Assembly (NCBI GenBank): GCA_964016885.1
Contig: OZ024742.1
Span: 308,450,001 to 308,514,000 of the forward strand
DNA from: Eledone cirrhosa
Lineage: Eukaryota
Reading direction: 5' to 3'
Length of the DNA: 64,000 nucleotides
In this document: in pieces, positions 13,253 through 35,229 of the stretch
How positions within the stretch are numbered: position 1 is the first letter of the stretch
Layout: each line of letters opens with the position of its first letter
The notes under the pieces: model-generated
Databases searched by the model: none
The model's input: only the letters and a program-made list of their open reading frames with translations
What the model was told of the DNA's origin: nothing
Translations under genes and position numbers: made by a program

Positions 13253-13807
13253 TTGTTGTTGTTGTTGTTTTTTGCCGTAAACAAATTCTTGATGATATCA
13301 TTGTTCAAAGCATTCCAACCATGTCCATCACTCCTTATTTTCCGACAATGCATCAGGATTATTATTTAAAATATATCCTTCGTTTTCTAAAGATGCGAGT
13401 GTGGATTGGTCAGAATTGTACTTCTGTATATAGCACGTTCCCTACCTATGTAGACACTAACTGGTTGGCTGGTAATGGTGTTAGTTGTTCTATATAGTTT
13501 AAGCTGCTTTCAAGAATAATCATGATTAAAAATTAAATATTAAATAGCTACTGTGTAAAGAGCGACAGTTTCCAGACACCTTCTCCATTGGATTCGAGAA
13601 AAGGAAACCGGTAAATCAATTTATCTGTTGCTAATAAGATTTTAAATAATTAAATGTAATTAATTTTCGACAAACATACATTGCTGAAAATCATTATGTT
13701 AAAAGAAGAAGAAAAGAAAAGGAAATAAAAGGACGATATTATATTTCTCAAATTCAATTATGTTAATTCCACCCACCAAAAAACTGATGTCCGTTTAGAT
13801 TCTTTGA

Positions 13808-14585
<778 letters not shown>

Positions 14586-14586
14586 A

Positions 14587-14794
14587 GTCGATCGACTTTC
14601 GTCAAATCGGACCGAGGAAACAATGTTTCCGTTGGTCTTTCCAATTGCTAATACTCTCTATCGGTCGCAACTCCAGGTAGAAGGAGCAACGGGAAATAAA
14701 GTGTCTTGCTCAAGGACATAACGTATCGCCTGGTCCGAGAATCGAACTCTCAACCTCACGATTGCGAATTCAATTCTCTAACCACTCACCCACG

Positions 14795-14797
<3 letters not shown>
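14587..14797 (-). mobile_element. tRNA-type SINE family B inserted in (TA)n
   Basis: Reverse complement: tRNA-like head (gagtggttagagaattg...gttcgattc) then tgtccttgagcaagacactttattt. A close copy with the same tail is at 58666-58872. Confidence 0.85.
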
Positions 14798-14856
<59 letters not shown>

Positions 14857-14858
14857 CA

Positions 14859-14896
<38 letters not shown>

Positions 14897-15040
14897 CATA
14901 CATACATGTATATACATACATGCATATATACATATATATACTTACATACATACATATATATATATATACTTACATACATATATATATATACTTACATACA
15001 TACATATATATATATACTTACATACATATATATATATATA

Positions 15041-15432
15041 TAAACAAGGTTTAGCAAATAATGAAAAAGTTTCAAAATAAATTTTAAAAAATTGACTTTA
15101 CCTACTATAGTTACCTTTACCGATCGGTTTCGAATCCCAAAAATAAACGGAGACCATACGGCCTTCGTTGCAAAGAAAGATTTCTTTCTTTGCAACGAAG
15201 GCCGTATGGTCTCCGTTTATTTTTGGGATTCGAAACCGATCGGTAAAGGTAACTATAGTAGGTAAAGTCAATTTTTTAAAATTTATTTTGAAACTTTTTC
15301 ATTATTTGCTAAACCTTGTTTATATATGTTCTGGCTCGTTAATTTATTAACCTGCCATTGAACCACATTGGCATTTGGTTGGACAATACATGCGTCCCTT
15401 AGCGCCTTGTGCGTGAAGGAACACATATCCTA
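15041..15432. mobile_element. Perfect ~140-bp-arm foldback plus ~105-bp tail in (TA)n
   Basis: 15041-15180 is the reverse complement of 15183-15322 (2-nt loop). The arm contains an HHR 3' half, GAAA-CCGATCGG-TA (15232-15245). Confidence 0.8.
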
Positions 15433-16311
<879 letters not shown>

Positions 16312-16721
16312 TCTGCATGATGTGGAAAATGTTCCATCATCACTGCCCAAATGATGTTGGCATCGCCTTCAAGATACACCCAAGGCTTGGGCCCCGTGCT
16401 ATCCGTCCCATTCAAAAATCTAAATCGCAACTCATAACAACAATACGGCACAATTATTTCACCTCAATCGGCCCTGCTCTCTTCAACATCACACCAGGAC
16501 ACGTCAAAACAGAAACTGACCACACAAAATTCAAGAAGTCTTTGGACAAATTCCTCCAAGTAATCCCGGACAAACCACCCACACCCGGATATGTCTCCGC
16601 AAACAGTAATTCTCTTCTCGAATGGGCCATGGTGCCCAAATCCTGAATTGAAAGACTTCGCCAGGTGGTGCTATTAAGTTAGACATGGCCTGGGCCAATA
16701 CTGGCCAAAACATTTCAAAGT
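16312..16721 (+). mobile_element. CR1/L2-group LINE 3' end (RT C-terminus plus 3' UTR) within (TA)n
   Basis: HPRLG...[13 protein letters not shown]...[29 protein letters not shown] is typical of CR1-like ORF2 ends. Confidence 0.8.
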
Positions 16722-16732
16722 TATATATATAT

Positions 16733-16835
<103 letters not shown>

Positions 16836-16914
16836 CATATATATATATATACATACATATATATATATATATATACATACATATATATATATATTCATAC
16901 ATATATATATATAT

Positions 16915-16995
<81 letters not shown>

Positions 16996-17021
16996 CATAC
17001 ATATATATATATATACATACA

Positions 17022-17061
<40 letters not shown>

Positions 17062-17078
17062 CATACATATATATATAT

Positions 17079-17109
<31 letters not shown>

Positions 17110-17126
17110 CATACATATATATATAT

Positions 17127-17157
<31 letters not shown>

Positions 17158-17186
17158 CATACATATATATATATACATACATATAT

Positions 17187-21380
<4,194 letters not shown>

Positions 21381-21383
<3 letters not shown>

Positions 21384-21872
21384 ATGTATATATAATGTAT
21401 TTTGCAATACATTTTATGCTTAATTAAAAGCATTTTGAAGACCGTAAGCTATTGTTTTTTAGAGTAGTGACAAATTCACTTACTTTGATCACAGCAAACA
21501 GGGGAGATAAGCCGACAAGGCCGTGTTTCGCTTTTGTTGAAGATTACCAAGGCTAACTACTCTCACCTGTCTACCGAGATCACTGATGTTATATTCTTAT
21601 AGAATTCTAGTAAATAATCAGGAGCTGATTATGCAGAGCGGTTGTTGGTCAGTCAGAAATTAAAAATTAGAATTGGAGCTCTGAAATAGCAATATATATA
21701 TATGGATGTATATATAATGTATTTTGCAATACACTTTATGCTTAATTAAAAGCATTTTGAGACCGTAAGCTATTGTTTTTTAGAGTAGTGACAAATGCAG
21801 CATAAAGTGTATTGCAAAATACATTTTCTATACATCCATATATATATTGCTATTTCAGAGCTCCAATTCTAA
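21381..21872. mobile_element. Non-coding element with partial direct repeat and inverted segment (PLE pLTR-like) in (TA)n
   Basis: 21381-21476 is repeated at ~21702-21796; ~21799-21872 is the reverse complement of ~21667-21741. A diverged relative is at 38127-38725. Confidence 0.65.
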
Positions 21873-21884
21873 TATATATATATA

Positions 21885-21944
<60 letters not shown>

Positions 21945-21984
21945 CATACATATATATATATATATATATACATACATATATATA

Positions 21985-22016
<32 letters not shown>

Positions 22017-22020
22017 CATA

Positions 22021-22625
22021 TGGTGGCTGCCAACTCGTTTTCGAGTACGGCCACTACTTTATATCCATGTAGGAGAACCCCTACCGATGCGCTGAACGAA
22101 TGTGACTTTTTAGTCCAGCCAGCGACTTGAAAACTCTGGTACAAAGACTACACTTGTGACCATTATTGACACATAGTGCAGGGCCCATGGTACCATGTGA
22201 TGACAAGTGCAGAGAGATCTCCAGATATAAAGCAATGCCTGTGCTGTGGAGCTTTTATAGTGAGCAAAGGCACTGCACAAAGCCAGTCCCACTCTCTTAA
22301 CCAAGATGATATTTACCAAAAAGAAGAACAAGTCAACATCATTGGATACCATCAGGGTTGCAGGTGTTATATCAGAGTTTTCCTTCTCCTAGAATTCTGC
22401 CTTGACAAAGGCTAAGGGGTCATCTCTCCCGGTGATTTTGGATGGCTATTGAGTCTTAAGAGCTCCCTTGCCCTTTGACAGGTTTTGTTTTTAGTCCTGC
22501 AGGATGTCCAAAGTCACCCTCCTCACCAAGAAACCTTGGTGGGGTTGCCAGTTTAGTCGCCAACGACCCGACCATGAGACAGGTTGTACTGGGATACATG
22601 TTACCAGTAGCACCAACTGGTGACC
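22021..22625 (-). mobile_element. GC-richer interspersed repeat, possibly the 5' region of an RTE-like LINE; second copy at ~46535-46938
   Basis: Both copies share 'tttgtcctgcaggatgtcca...ccagtttagtcgcc.acgacccgaccatg.gacaggttgtactggg..acatgttaccagtagcac' and end at the same point against (TA)n. Confidence 0.55.
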
Positions 22626-22658
22626 ATACATACATATATATATATATATACATACATA

Positions 22659-22690
<32 letters not shown>

Positions 22691-22742
22691 CATATACATA
22701 TATATATACATACATATACATATATATATACATACATATACA

Positions 22743-22774
<32 letters not shown>

Positions 22775-22822
22775 CATATACATATGTATATACATACATA
22801 TATATACATACATACATATACA

Positions 22823-22854
<32 letters not shown>

Positions 22855-22883
22855 CATATACATATGTATATACATACATATAT

Positions 22884-22918
<35 letters not shown>

Positions 22919-22964
22919 CATACGTATATATACATACATATATATATATATATACATACATATA

Positions 22965-23023
<59 letters not shown>

Positions 23024-23069
23024 ATATATATACATACATATATATACATATATACATATATATATATAC

Positions 23070-23132
<63 letters not shown>

Positions 23133-23169
23133 CATACACACATATATATACATACATACATATATATAC

Positions 23170-23208
<39 letters not shown>

Positions 23209-23246
23209 CATATATATACATACATACATATATATATATACATACA

Positions 23247-23278
<32 letters not shown>

Positions 23279-23343
23279 CATATATATACAAACATACATA
23301 CATATATATACATACATACATATATATGCATACATATACATAC

Positions 23344-23380
<37 letters not shown>

Positions 23381-23557
23381 CATACATATATATACATATA
23401 TATATATACATACATATATATATACATATACATACATATATATACATATATATATATACATACATATGTATATATACATACATATATATATATACATACA
23501 TACATATATATATATATATACATACATACATATATATACATACATACATATATATAC

Positions 23558-23636
<79 letters not shown>

Positions 23637-23649
23637 CATACATATATAT

Positions 23650-23680
<31 letters not shown>

Positions 23681-23761
23681 CATACATATATATATATATA
23701 TACACATACATATATATATATACATACATATATATATACATAGATATATATATATACATAC

Positions 23762-23802
<41 letters not shown>

Positions 23803-23913
23803 CATATACATACATACATATACATATACATATATATACATACATATATATACACACACATATATACATACATACATATATATACATACATACATATACA
23901 TACATACATATAC

Positions 23914-23966
<53 letters not shown>

Positions 23967-24091
23967 CATATATATATATACATACATATATATACATACA
24001 AAACATATATATACATACAAAACATATATATACATACAAAACATATATATACATACATACATACTTACATACATACATATATGTATATATA

Positions 24092-24146
<55 letters not shown>

Positions 24147-24205
24147 TCATACATATATATATATATACATATATATTCATACATATATACATACACATAT
24201 ATATT

Positions 24206-24237
<32 letters not shown>

Positions 24238-24310
24238 TATTCATACATATATATATATACATATATATTCATACATATATACATACACATATATATTCAT
24301 ACATATATAC

Positions 24311-24380
<70 letters not shown>
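22626..24380. repeat. (TACA)n/(TA)n microsatellite
   Basis: Direct reading. Confidence 0.95.
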
Positions 24381-24384
<4 letters not shown>

Positions 24385-25138
24385 TAATAATAATAAATTT
24401 GAAGACTAAAATCCAACGAGGGCTCGATTTGGATAAATATATATCAACTATATAAGAACCGTAGAGCAAGTATTTATTAAAATAACAGATTAAAGTTTAA
24501 GCAAAGAATCGCTGCTTTCACCCTTAAAGGGATCTTCTGAAACTAACAAAGTCAATCTGTAAACGCAGAAGTGGATATTTCAAAAACCGTTGCAACCGGA
24601 GGAAGACCGGGAGACGATACTTTGGTTCGTGGAAACGTTGCCTATTCAAATAGGTAATGGTATAAACAAAACATATACTTAGCTACCACATCAAGACGTA
24701 AAATATCCACGTATAGATCGTACTATCCGTTAGGGTATAATGTAGGGCAGTAATACAAGAAAGTTTTGTGCAATGTATGTTTACAAGCCGAAATTGCCTG
24801 AGATTTTTTGTTTAATATGTGGTCTGTGGCGTAGAGTATTTCTAGGGCCTCAGCGGCGCAGAGGTCACATGGTCTTTTATTTCCGTTATACGATCTAGCC
24901 CTAGCTAGGATCTCCCAGTATAACTTAAATTGGGTGTGGTTGTCTTTTAGACTCCAGATATAAGCTGAAAGTGTGGTAGCTAAGTATATGTTTTGTTTAT
25001 ACCATTATTTACATGCAACGTTTTTTGAAATATCCACTTCTGCGTTTACAGATTGACTTTGTTAGTTTCAGAAGAGCCTGTTAAGGGTGAAAGCAGCAAT
25101 TCTTTGCTTAGACTTTAATCTGTTATTTTAATAAATAT
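24381..25138. mobile_element. Foldback element with nested inverted repeats in (TA)n
   Basis: 24471-24594 is the reverse complement of 25014-25138, and ~24654-24689 of ~24972-25006. Pieces recur at 8020-8075, 52468-52570 and 1-50. Confidence 0.7.
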
Positions 25139-25236
25139 ATATATATATGTACGGAGAGAGAGATATGGAGAGAGAAAGAAAGAGATGAGTACAAATAGTA
25201 CAGAGGGAGACAACCAGACAGACAGACACACACACT

Positions 25237-25281
<45 letters not shown>

Positions 25282-25574
25282 AAGATGTGGTGGCGGTAGA
25301 TATTAAGATAATACGACGCTGGCAGTCAAGAATGATCAGAGATGGCGATGAGGGAAATTTATTTAGAATTTCGAGATACGTAGTTAATTAAAACAATATA
25401 AAATTTGAGACTGAGGTACGTTAGTGTGGTGTGTGTGTGTGAGAAGTATTTAGATTGCAGGAAGATTCTTTAATCAGAAAGATTTTTTTCTAGGTGCAAA
25501 AATATACGTCATTTATTTTAGACATTTACGCTAGACTCTGTTGCAGACACCAATAAAGATCATACTAATTAAAT

Positions 25575-26200
25575 AAATTATGGTTTCTAGTTTAGGCACG
25601 CAGCCAGCCATATACAGAGAGGGGGATTTGGAAGGTGAAATTTGAACATATGAAAAAGAAAATACCGACGCACTAACCTTTGGACTGCTTTCTAATTGAA
25701 TACTTAATTACGTTACAGGTATTTTATTTTATCAACCTCGGAAGGATGAGAGGCAAAGTTGACCTCGGCGACATTGGAAACGTAAAGGGCCGTAACTAAA
25801 GCATTTTGTCCGACGCAATGACAATACTGCCAATCTATCCCTTTTACATAAATAATTGTTTTCGCCTTGTGCATAAGGACAACAATTTGAAGGAAAGGAA
25901 GAAAGTCGACTAAATCGACCCCAGTGTGTTACTAGTACTTTATTCTATCGGCCCATTTAGATGAAAAATAAAACTAACCTCGTCAGGATTTAAACACAGA
26001 ACGTAAAGTGTCGTAACTATATGTGGCAAAGCATAATATTACTAATTGTTTCTGATTTAGGCACAAGATCAGTGATTTGGGGAGAGGGGAATGTCGATTA
26101 AATTGTCCAAAGTGTACTACTGGTGCTTTATTTTATCGATTCCGTAAGAATGCAAATCTAACCTTGGCGGGATTGGAACTCAGAACGTAACTATGTGTCG
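25575..26200 (-). mobile_element. Cluster of three SINE family A copies
   Basis: Three repeats of 'ttgtttc...ttaggcac...ggtactttattttatcg...acctcggcgggatt.gaac'. Confidence 0.7.
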
Positions 26201-27138
26201 CAAAGCATAATATTAATAATAACATATATTTTAAATGCTGTCCGTTAACGGCGGTTTAATATTTGCCTGTATATACGGTTAATACTCTAAATTTCTGTTA
26301 GCTTTCCAATTCAGGGGAATTTATAGCTAATTAAATTACCTATTGTAGTCACTATTCATGAGAAGCTGGTTCATATCATACGCCAATATTTCATTATTTT
26401 TTCAGTTGATCATTCACATATTCTTGTATGGGTGTATGGAGTCATAAAGGCACCTAGTGACATACAGCCTGTCTTGAGTATTTTAATACCTGATAGTTAT
26501 ATTACTGTGTTTTACATGTCTGCTGAGATCATACTAGTTGGCTATCGGAATGTAATGTGTCCTTTCTTGATCGTGAAGGAACACAGAAACGTAAAATACT
26601 GGATATATTCCATAATCCAAGAAGCCTTATGGCGTTGTAGATATATGTTTATAAAGTAAACCTCATATATTTATGTGGAAAATACAATAATGTCAGTCGA
26701 TATTAAATTAATATGAACAATATTTGTTGGTAAATAGCTATACAACGTTATGGTTATATGCCTAGAACAGAGTGAACAGGAAGTTTGGAAAATAAATATT
26801 TGCTTTCCTGCGATCATGTTTCATTTTCACCTCACGTATATATCCATATGTACATGCATTCACATATATCCACGTGTAAATAAGTGCGCACGCATACACG
26901 TTCGCATGTTTCATATTCATACATGTTCAAGCTTATACAAATATGCATATATTTGCTCATTTATATAAGAACGCGTTGCTGTTTGCACATACCTGACTTT
27001 CACACAGACACATTCGCACGTGAAGGATAACCTACACATACGAACACATAAAGCTGTCTGAAATAGTAACATACTCCACGTTTTATGAAGGTTCAAACAC
27101 ATAAAGAAAACTTGTTCTTCTAATGCTTGTGTCCAGAG

Positions 27139-27680
27139 TTACAGCATATGTTCCAAGTGATCCCTGCTTGAATCCATACATTCTTTGAATGTCCTTAAAA
27201 ACTGTCCTAAGGATGGCCCTCATCTCTTCCCTGATAACTTTCTTTAGTTCAGTTATTGTTCCGGGTTTGTTGACATGTAACCTATCCTTCAGATAGCCCC
27301 TAAAGAAATCCGGGTGTTTAACTCAGGGCTGTGTGGGGCCCATACAAAATCAGTCTTTAAACTGATCACACGATTTCCAAAGTTATTTTTCAGCCATTCT
27401 CGTGACTCACTGGAGGTATGAGGGCTTGCTCCTCCACCTTGCTGGAACCCAAACATATTAATTAGTACAAAGTCAGTATTTCCATTTTGAAGTCACCAGG
27501 AACTCTAAATAGCGTTCCTTTGTTATTGTAGCAATGACAACATTTTCCACGAATAGGAATGAGTCAATCAACCCTATCTCAGAAATTGCAACACAAATGG
27601 TACATTTAGCCGAGTGGAAAGGTCTTGCAACCAATTCTATGGGTTTCCGATAGATCTCCACTTTGTACGCCAGTCCATTT
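27139..27680 (-). pseudogene. Tc1/mariner-superfamily transposase remnant (DD41D/rosa-like spacing)
   Basis: HSAKCTICVAIS..GLI..ERYLEFL...FQQ(G)GGASPHT..SREWLKNNFGNRVIS....WAPHSPELN(PD)FF..GYLKDR..NKPGTITELK...HLEHML*. About 41-42 residues lie between the second and third catalytic positions. Confidence 0.85.
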
Positions 27681-28714
27681 CTCCTACGTATATCTAACAT
27701 TTAACTGAAATGTTATTGTATGTATTGTTTTGGAACTCCTGATAGAGTCGTAGGGGCGACATATTGATATACAGCGATTTCTTGGGCATTTTAAACCTGG
27801 CGGTCCCATCCCTCTCCAGGCCTGAGTACAGCAGATTTCTTCCAGAGAAAGATAGAAAGTGGCAGAGAGGAAAAATGAGTAAGAGATAGAGAGGAAGAAT
27901 CGACCACAGTACTACACTGATACATTTTTTATCGACTTCACAAGGATGAAAGGCGAAGTTCATCTCGGCGGGATTTGAACTCAGAGAACAGAGACCCCGT
28001 ACGAATGACATAAAGCATTCTATCCTACGTTGTAACGACTCTGAAACAGTCATATGTGTATGTCTCTTTTCCTGTGTTTATGTCTGGTGGTCGTATATGT
28101 GTACAGATATACCTTTATATGACCTTACAAATTGAAATGTCACGTTATTCTTTATTTACTGATCCACAGAGCCGTCCTCTAGTTTATCATCATACATATA
28201 TTTATATATATTTATATATTCAATAATTACAGTCTTAGTTCAATATTACAGTTAAATTTATAGAGCATCACCATCATTCTTTCTATAAAAAACATATAAT
28301 TCAAACTCGAATATTCATCGAGTTATATATGAGTTAATGTTGTGATATTCACTAATGTGTGTGTTTGTTTTGTTCGTTGTTACTAACTTTCAATGTACAG
28401 GGCTCTATGAAATTTTTTTCCTTTTCATCATTCTCACATTATCTTCTTCGATATATTTCATCTCGTTCTTCTCTGTGATCTCTTTAATTCATCACCGACA
28501 TCCATTTACCTTCTCTCTCTCTATCTATCTATCTCTCCATATATATATATATATATCAGTATACATATCATGCATGAACTATTTATAGTTACGTGTTTAA
28601 ATATTCATCATAAACATTCATTCTATGTAGCATGCAATTTAAATATTCACACATATTTATGAGTATATATGTTCAATGCATCTGTGTAGATTTAGATAAA
28701 TTTTGTATATTTAG

Positions 28715-29030
28715 TTAGGCCCATAGCTTTGTGATTACGATTTTCGTCTCACGATCGTAACGTTGTGCGTTCGATTCCGAGCGATGCATTATGTCCTTGA
28801 GCAGGATACGATATTTTACACTGCACCAGTCCACTCAGATGGAAAGAAAATGATTTGTAGATATATATTAAAAGGATCAGGATTTGTACACATTTTGACA
28901 TGCTGAATCTCACTGAAAATTATTTTAAGAGAACATATGTCTGTGGAACGACAGAACCTATGCACGTTAATTTCACGACTAATCTGTTCCGTTCATCCAA
29001 TAACTAGAACATTCGTCGTAGTAACTGACA
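28715..29030 (+). mobile_element. SINE family B, old copy
   Basis: gttcgattccg...atgtccttgagcagga...ccagtccactcag...tgcacgttaatttcacg. Confidence 0.65.
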
Positions 29031-29215
29031 GAGATCCATCCCATTATTGTGTATATTTACGATATACAACACGCAAATGTATTTACGTCTCTTAGTTGCT
29101 GTATTATTCAGTGTATATATAAAGTCATTTGCATTTGGAATCAATTTGTAACTTAATAAAATTTGTTTGCGTAAATCTATTTCTAATGTTAAGCTGCAAA
29201 TGGGTTCCATTTTTC

Positions 29216-30100
<885 letters not shown>

Positions 30101-30212
30101 CGTGTTACTACGGCTGTGTGTATGATGTTGTACGTAGGTGTATATATGTTATATATGGCTATTTAACATGATTACAACATTACATCTAATCACTTTCTAA
30201 AAGCACACACAG

Positions 30213-30281
<69 letters not shown>

Positions 30282-30288
30282 ATATATA

Positions 30289-30392
<104 letters not shown>

Positions 30393-30946
30393 GGTGTGTT
30401 TATATTTGTGTGTTTATATATTCGGTATATAAAGTGCATATACATATGCCTGAGGATGTACGCTTCTCTATATAAATAACACCTTTCTCCACACTAAAAC
30501 GCAATATTAATATACTATATTGCATTTCATAAAAGTAAATTCCAACCAAATTGCTTTTGACAGGTTTTAAATTAATTATTCCAGGAAACTGTGCATGTGA
30601 TAGAATTGGAATATCATTTCATAAGATTACATAGAATTGAACGCTGAAGTGATACAGAATATCTGAAGCGTTAGTGCAATAGTTTGAAACTGAATTAACT
30701 CTACTCACGGTAGTTTCCTTATATTCTGATAGCTAACAAGGCAACCTTTATATATCAATGACATCTCCCTCAATCACAACCTACTTTCCCCGCCCAAAGT
30801 CTTCCTTATTCATACTGACTGCTATTGAAACGATAGTTTTTGTTTGTGATAAACAGGCGAAACTCCTGCGTGACAAAACTCAATTTTTACCCTTAATATA
30901 AATGAATATTAAAACTCTACTTCGGTATATATATATATATATATAT

Positions 30947-31270
<324 letters not shown>

Positions 31271-31492
31271 CTGTGTGTGTGTGTGTGTGTAAATACATAT
31301 ATACGTATATATATATATATATACATATATATACATACACACATATATATATATATATATATTTACATATATATATACATATATACATATATATATATAC
31401 ATATATACATATATATATATATATACATATATATATACATATATATATACATATATATACATATATATATATACATATATATATACATATAT

Positions 31493-31877
31493 ATACGATA
31501 TTAACAAATGGAAACTATATATATAAAACCATATTTATTTCATTATACATATTTCAAGGACACCAAGTTAAATTATGGTGCGCTTTCATCAGACAAAATA
31601 TAATATAGATCCGGGAGCTTCCAACAGTAATGGTCGCATTTTTTAAGGGTATGTCAATATTTATTTATAGAACTGATCTATATTATATTTTGTCTGATGA
31701 AAGCACACCATAATTTAACTTGGTGTCCTTGAAATATGTATAATGAAATAAATATGGTTTTATAAATATAGTTTCCATTTGTTAATATCGTATGTTTACT
31801 CCAAATACTTGTTGAGTGCTTTATATCAGTTATAAAAATATTTGCTTGTTGTATCCCAACAATTTAAATAGAACTTT

Positions 31878-31880
<3 letters not shown>
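31493..31880. mobile_element. Foldback (~118-bp arms) plus tail in (TA)n, with an HHR-like core in each arm
   Basis: 31493-31611 is the reverse complement of 31675-31793. The plus arm reads CTGATGA-aagcacacca...tggtgtcctt-GAAA-tatg-TA (31694-31740). Confidence 0.75.
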
Positions 31881-31928
<48 letters not shown>

Positions 31929-33353
31929 TAACAGTGCAAATGTGTGGGAAATGTCACTACCCTTCACTGACTCTCGGAATCTATTTTGCGTTCCACGTTC
32001 AACAGACTCTAGCTTACATAGAAAACTATTATTGATAAATGAATAAATAAATAAATAAATAAAATAAAGTTCATCGAGCCCTATACATTTGACTCGAATC
32101 TGAATGTATAACATATAAACGAGTAGCTTAATGATCCAAGCTTATTATCACTACTCTTGGATATTTGACACCGTCTCTCATCTACCTCATGCAGAAGGGA
32201 AAGTGAAGCTATGAAGCGTATAATAGAAGATAGCGGAAATCTTGCAACAGGCTTCCAAACGGTTTCCTTTTATTCAGTTTCATTAATAACTCAAGTATTG
32301 AACCTAGTCAATGGTAAATCGCATTTGTCGAAGATACAACGACACCTAATTATTATGAAGCAAACTTTTTAACCATTCGGTCATACTGCGTTCATTTCAC
32401 TGCGTATATCAGGGAGATGTATGATAGCTAATTACATTATGTGATATGATTGATCCTGCGAGGGATAAACGTGTTGACTATGTTTGACAAAATGAATTGA
32501 CCTTCATTGAAGAAAACAAATCCAATCACCCCCAATTTGCCAGAGTATTTATACGAATGTCAGACCTTTCAAATCTCCGCGTCCGACGGGAAAATCTCCC
32601 ACCCACTTTGGATGGGTGAGATATGTCTTCTCTTGTGAAAATGAGTAAAGCCTTTACTATGTAAAATCGCCTCATTTTACATCATTTCTCCTCGTGGGGA
32701 ACTTTTTTGCATGGTCCTCCTTGTTTTAGATTTTGAATTCAAATCCCATTAGAATAAATGTATAGCATTTTATAAGTTCGTGGGAATACGTCTACCAAGT
32801 TTCAATCATAAGCAATGGGGTGGCCCGAACCGATAGTAAACGACACTTGAACAGGACGCAGTGTTCTCGAACCCAGCACCTAATTTTTGCAAAGTGAACT
32901 TTTCAACAGTTTGACCATGTTTTGTCCACAAGATCCACTTCTCAATATATTCAGATATGTGTCTTTTGTCCCTGCAAGAAGTCAATATTCAGGAAATAAT
33001 GAATGACTATATTATGGAGAAGATAGAATTATAGATCCTAAAGTGCTTTAATTAGTGATTCGAAATTATCACACAAATTATCATCCTTAATTTTTTTTAA
33101 TTTTCGGTCATTTTAAGTAATTATGAAAATGTTATGTGGCACTTTTTTTTGTTTTTGATTTTTTTTGTTTTGTGTTTTTTTGTTTTGTTTTGTTTTATTT
33201 CTATCATTCTCAAATTAATTCTCTAAAAATATTTATTTACGAAATTTCTATTAGTTCCATTATTTTGTTTTTTCTTTTTTTGTTTTACTATTCAAACTAC
33301 TTTAATACAACGGTATATATACATATAAAGTAAGTGAGTTATACACACACACG

Positions 33354-33438
<85 letters not shown>

Positions 33439-33442
<4 letters not shown>

Positions 33443-34741
33443 AATTAAGTTAAAAATGTACATCCACATATGTATACTGAAATACTAGTATGCATATGAA
33501 TACACACACGTATACATATGTAGATGTACCAAGTCTTTCACTGGTCACTTTACTGCGAGTGTCCAGCCATTCTGTATGTAAACACACAGACAAACCGGTT
33601 TTTAGAGTCATACTGGTTTTTGAGGAAACACCTTTCCTCTATTCTCCAGAAAGCCAGACAAGGAATATTGAACTAGTTTCGTTGTTGTTACAACTCATCA
33701 GCAATATTTACCTATCTCCCGGCCTTTCTGGAGAATTGTAAAAGCACATATCGTTATATGCTTTTTCTATGAAAATTAGTAGTGGGCAGACTAATTTGCA
33801 TAGAGTGTGAGTACGTACCGGTTCAACGGAGACGATAAAAACAAATAACGAAACGAGATTAAATTTCGTTTCGTTTGTAACTCACTTTTGCATGACTGAC
33901 GCTTAAACAATTAAGTTAAAAATGTACATCCACATATGTATACTGAAATACTAGTATGCATATGAATACACACACGTATACATATGTAGATGTACCAAGT
34001 CTTTCACTGGTCACTTTACTGCGAGTGTCCAGCCATTCTGTATGTAAACACACAGACAAACCGGTTTTTAGAGTCATACTGGTTTTTGAGGAAACACCTT
34101 TCCTCTATTCTCCAGAAAGCCAGACAAGGAATATTGAACTAGTTTCGTTGTTGTTACAACTCATCAACAATATTTACCTATCTCCCGGCCTTTCTGGAGA
34201 ATTGTAAAAGCACATATCGTTATATGCTTTTTCTATGAAAATTAGTAGTGGGCAGACTAATTTGCATAGAGTGTGAGTACGTACCGGTTCAACGGAGACG
34301 ATAAAAACAAATAACGAAACGAGATTAAATTTCGTTTCGTTTGTAACTCACTTTTGCATGACTGACGCTTAAACAATTAAGTTAAAAATGTACATCCACA
34401 TATGTATACTGAAATACTAGTATGCATATGAATACACACACGTATACATATGTAGATGTACCAAGTCTTTCACTGGTCACTTTACTGCGAGTGTCCAGCC
34501 ATTCTGTATGTAAACACACAGACAAACCGGTTTTTAGAGTCATACTGGTTTTTGAGGAAACACCTTTCCTCTATTCTCCAGAAAGCCAGACAAGGAATAT
34601 TGAACTAGTTTCGTTGTTGTTACAACTCATCAGCAATATTTACCTATCTCCCGGCCTTTCTGGAGAATTGTAAAAGCACATATCGTTATATGCTTTTTCT
34701 ATGAAAATTAGTAGTGGGCAGACTAATTTGCATAGAGTGTG
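33439..34741 (+). repeat. 466-bp tandem repeat, ~2.8 almost identical copies
   Basis: Units start at 33439, 33905 and 34371; I noticed only one difference (agc/aac). Confidence 0.95.
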
Positions 34742-35032
34742 AAGGCTTCATACATAGAACAATTGGACCAGTATTTAATATGAACTCAATGCAAAATGTG
34801 TCAAAAATCGGACACATGAACACAGCAGCTGAGTATATATATATCACAATTTTTATTATTGCCGTTCCATACGAGTGCCATGCTGATCGATGTGTTGTCC
34901 ACTAAAGACTGGTTGAGACAACTACGCTAGTCCTAGAGTGTGATATTGAAACGATCGTATGGAACAGATTAAGTAAAGAGAACCATGTGCGTGTGTGTGC
35001 ATGCTCGTGTAGGTGTATGTGTAGGTGTGTGA

Positions 35033-35141
<109 letters not shown>

Positions 35142-35157
35142 GCGTGTGTGTGTGTGT

Positions 35158-35229
<72 letters not shown>

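Noticed and set aside
14700-14797. tRNA genes at SINE heads (also near 57920, 58872, 63110)
   Set aside because: A/B-box-like heads run straight into SINE bodies and I could not form a full cloverleaf.
25060-25106. Hammerhead in the 24381-25138 foldback (CAGAAGA...GAAA)
   Set aside because: The core is CAGA rather than CUGA in all copies, and no stem I or stem III can be formed.
33490-34673. Three tandem 83-aa genes
   Set aside because: They are a by-product of the 466-bp duplication, with no recognisable protein features or splice support.
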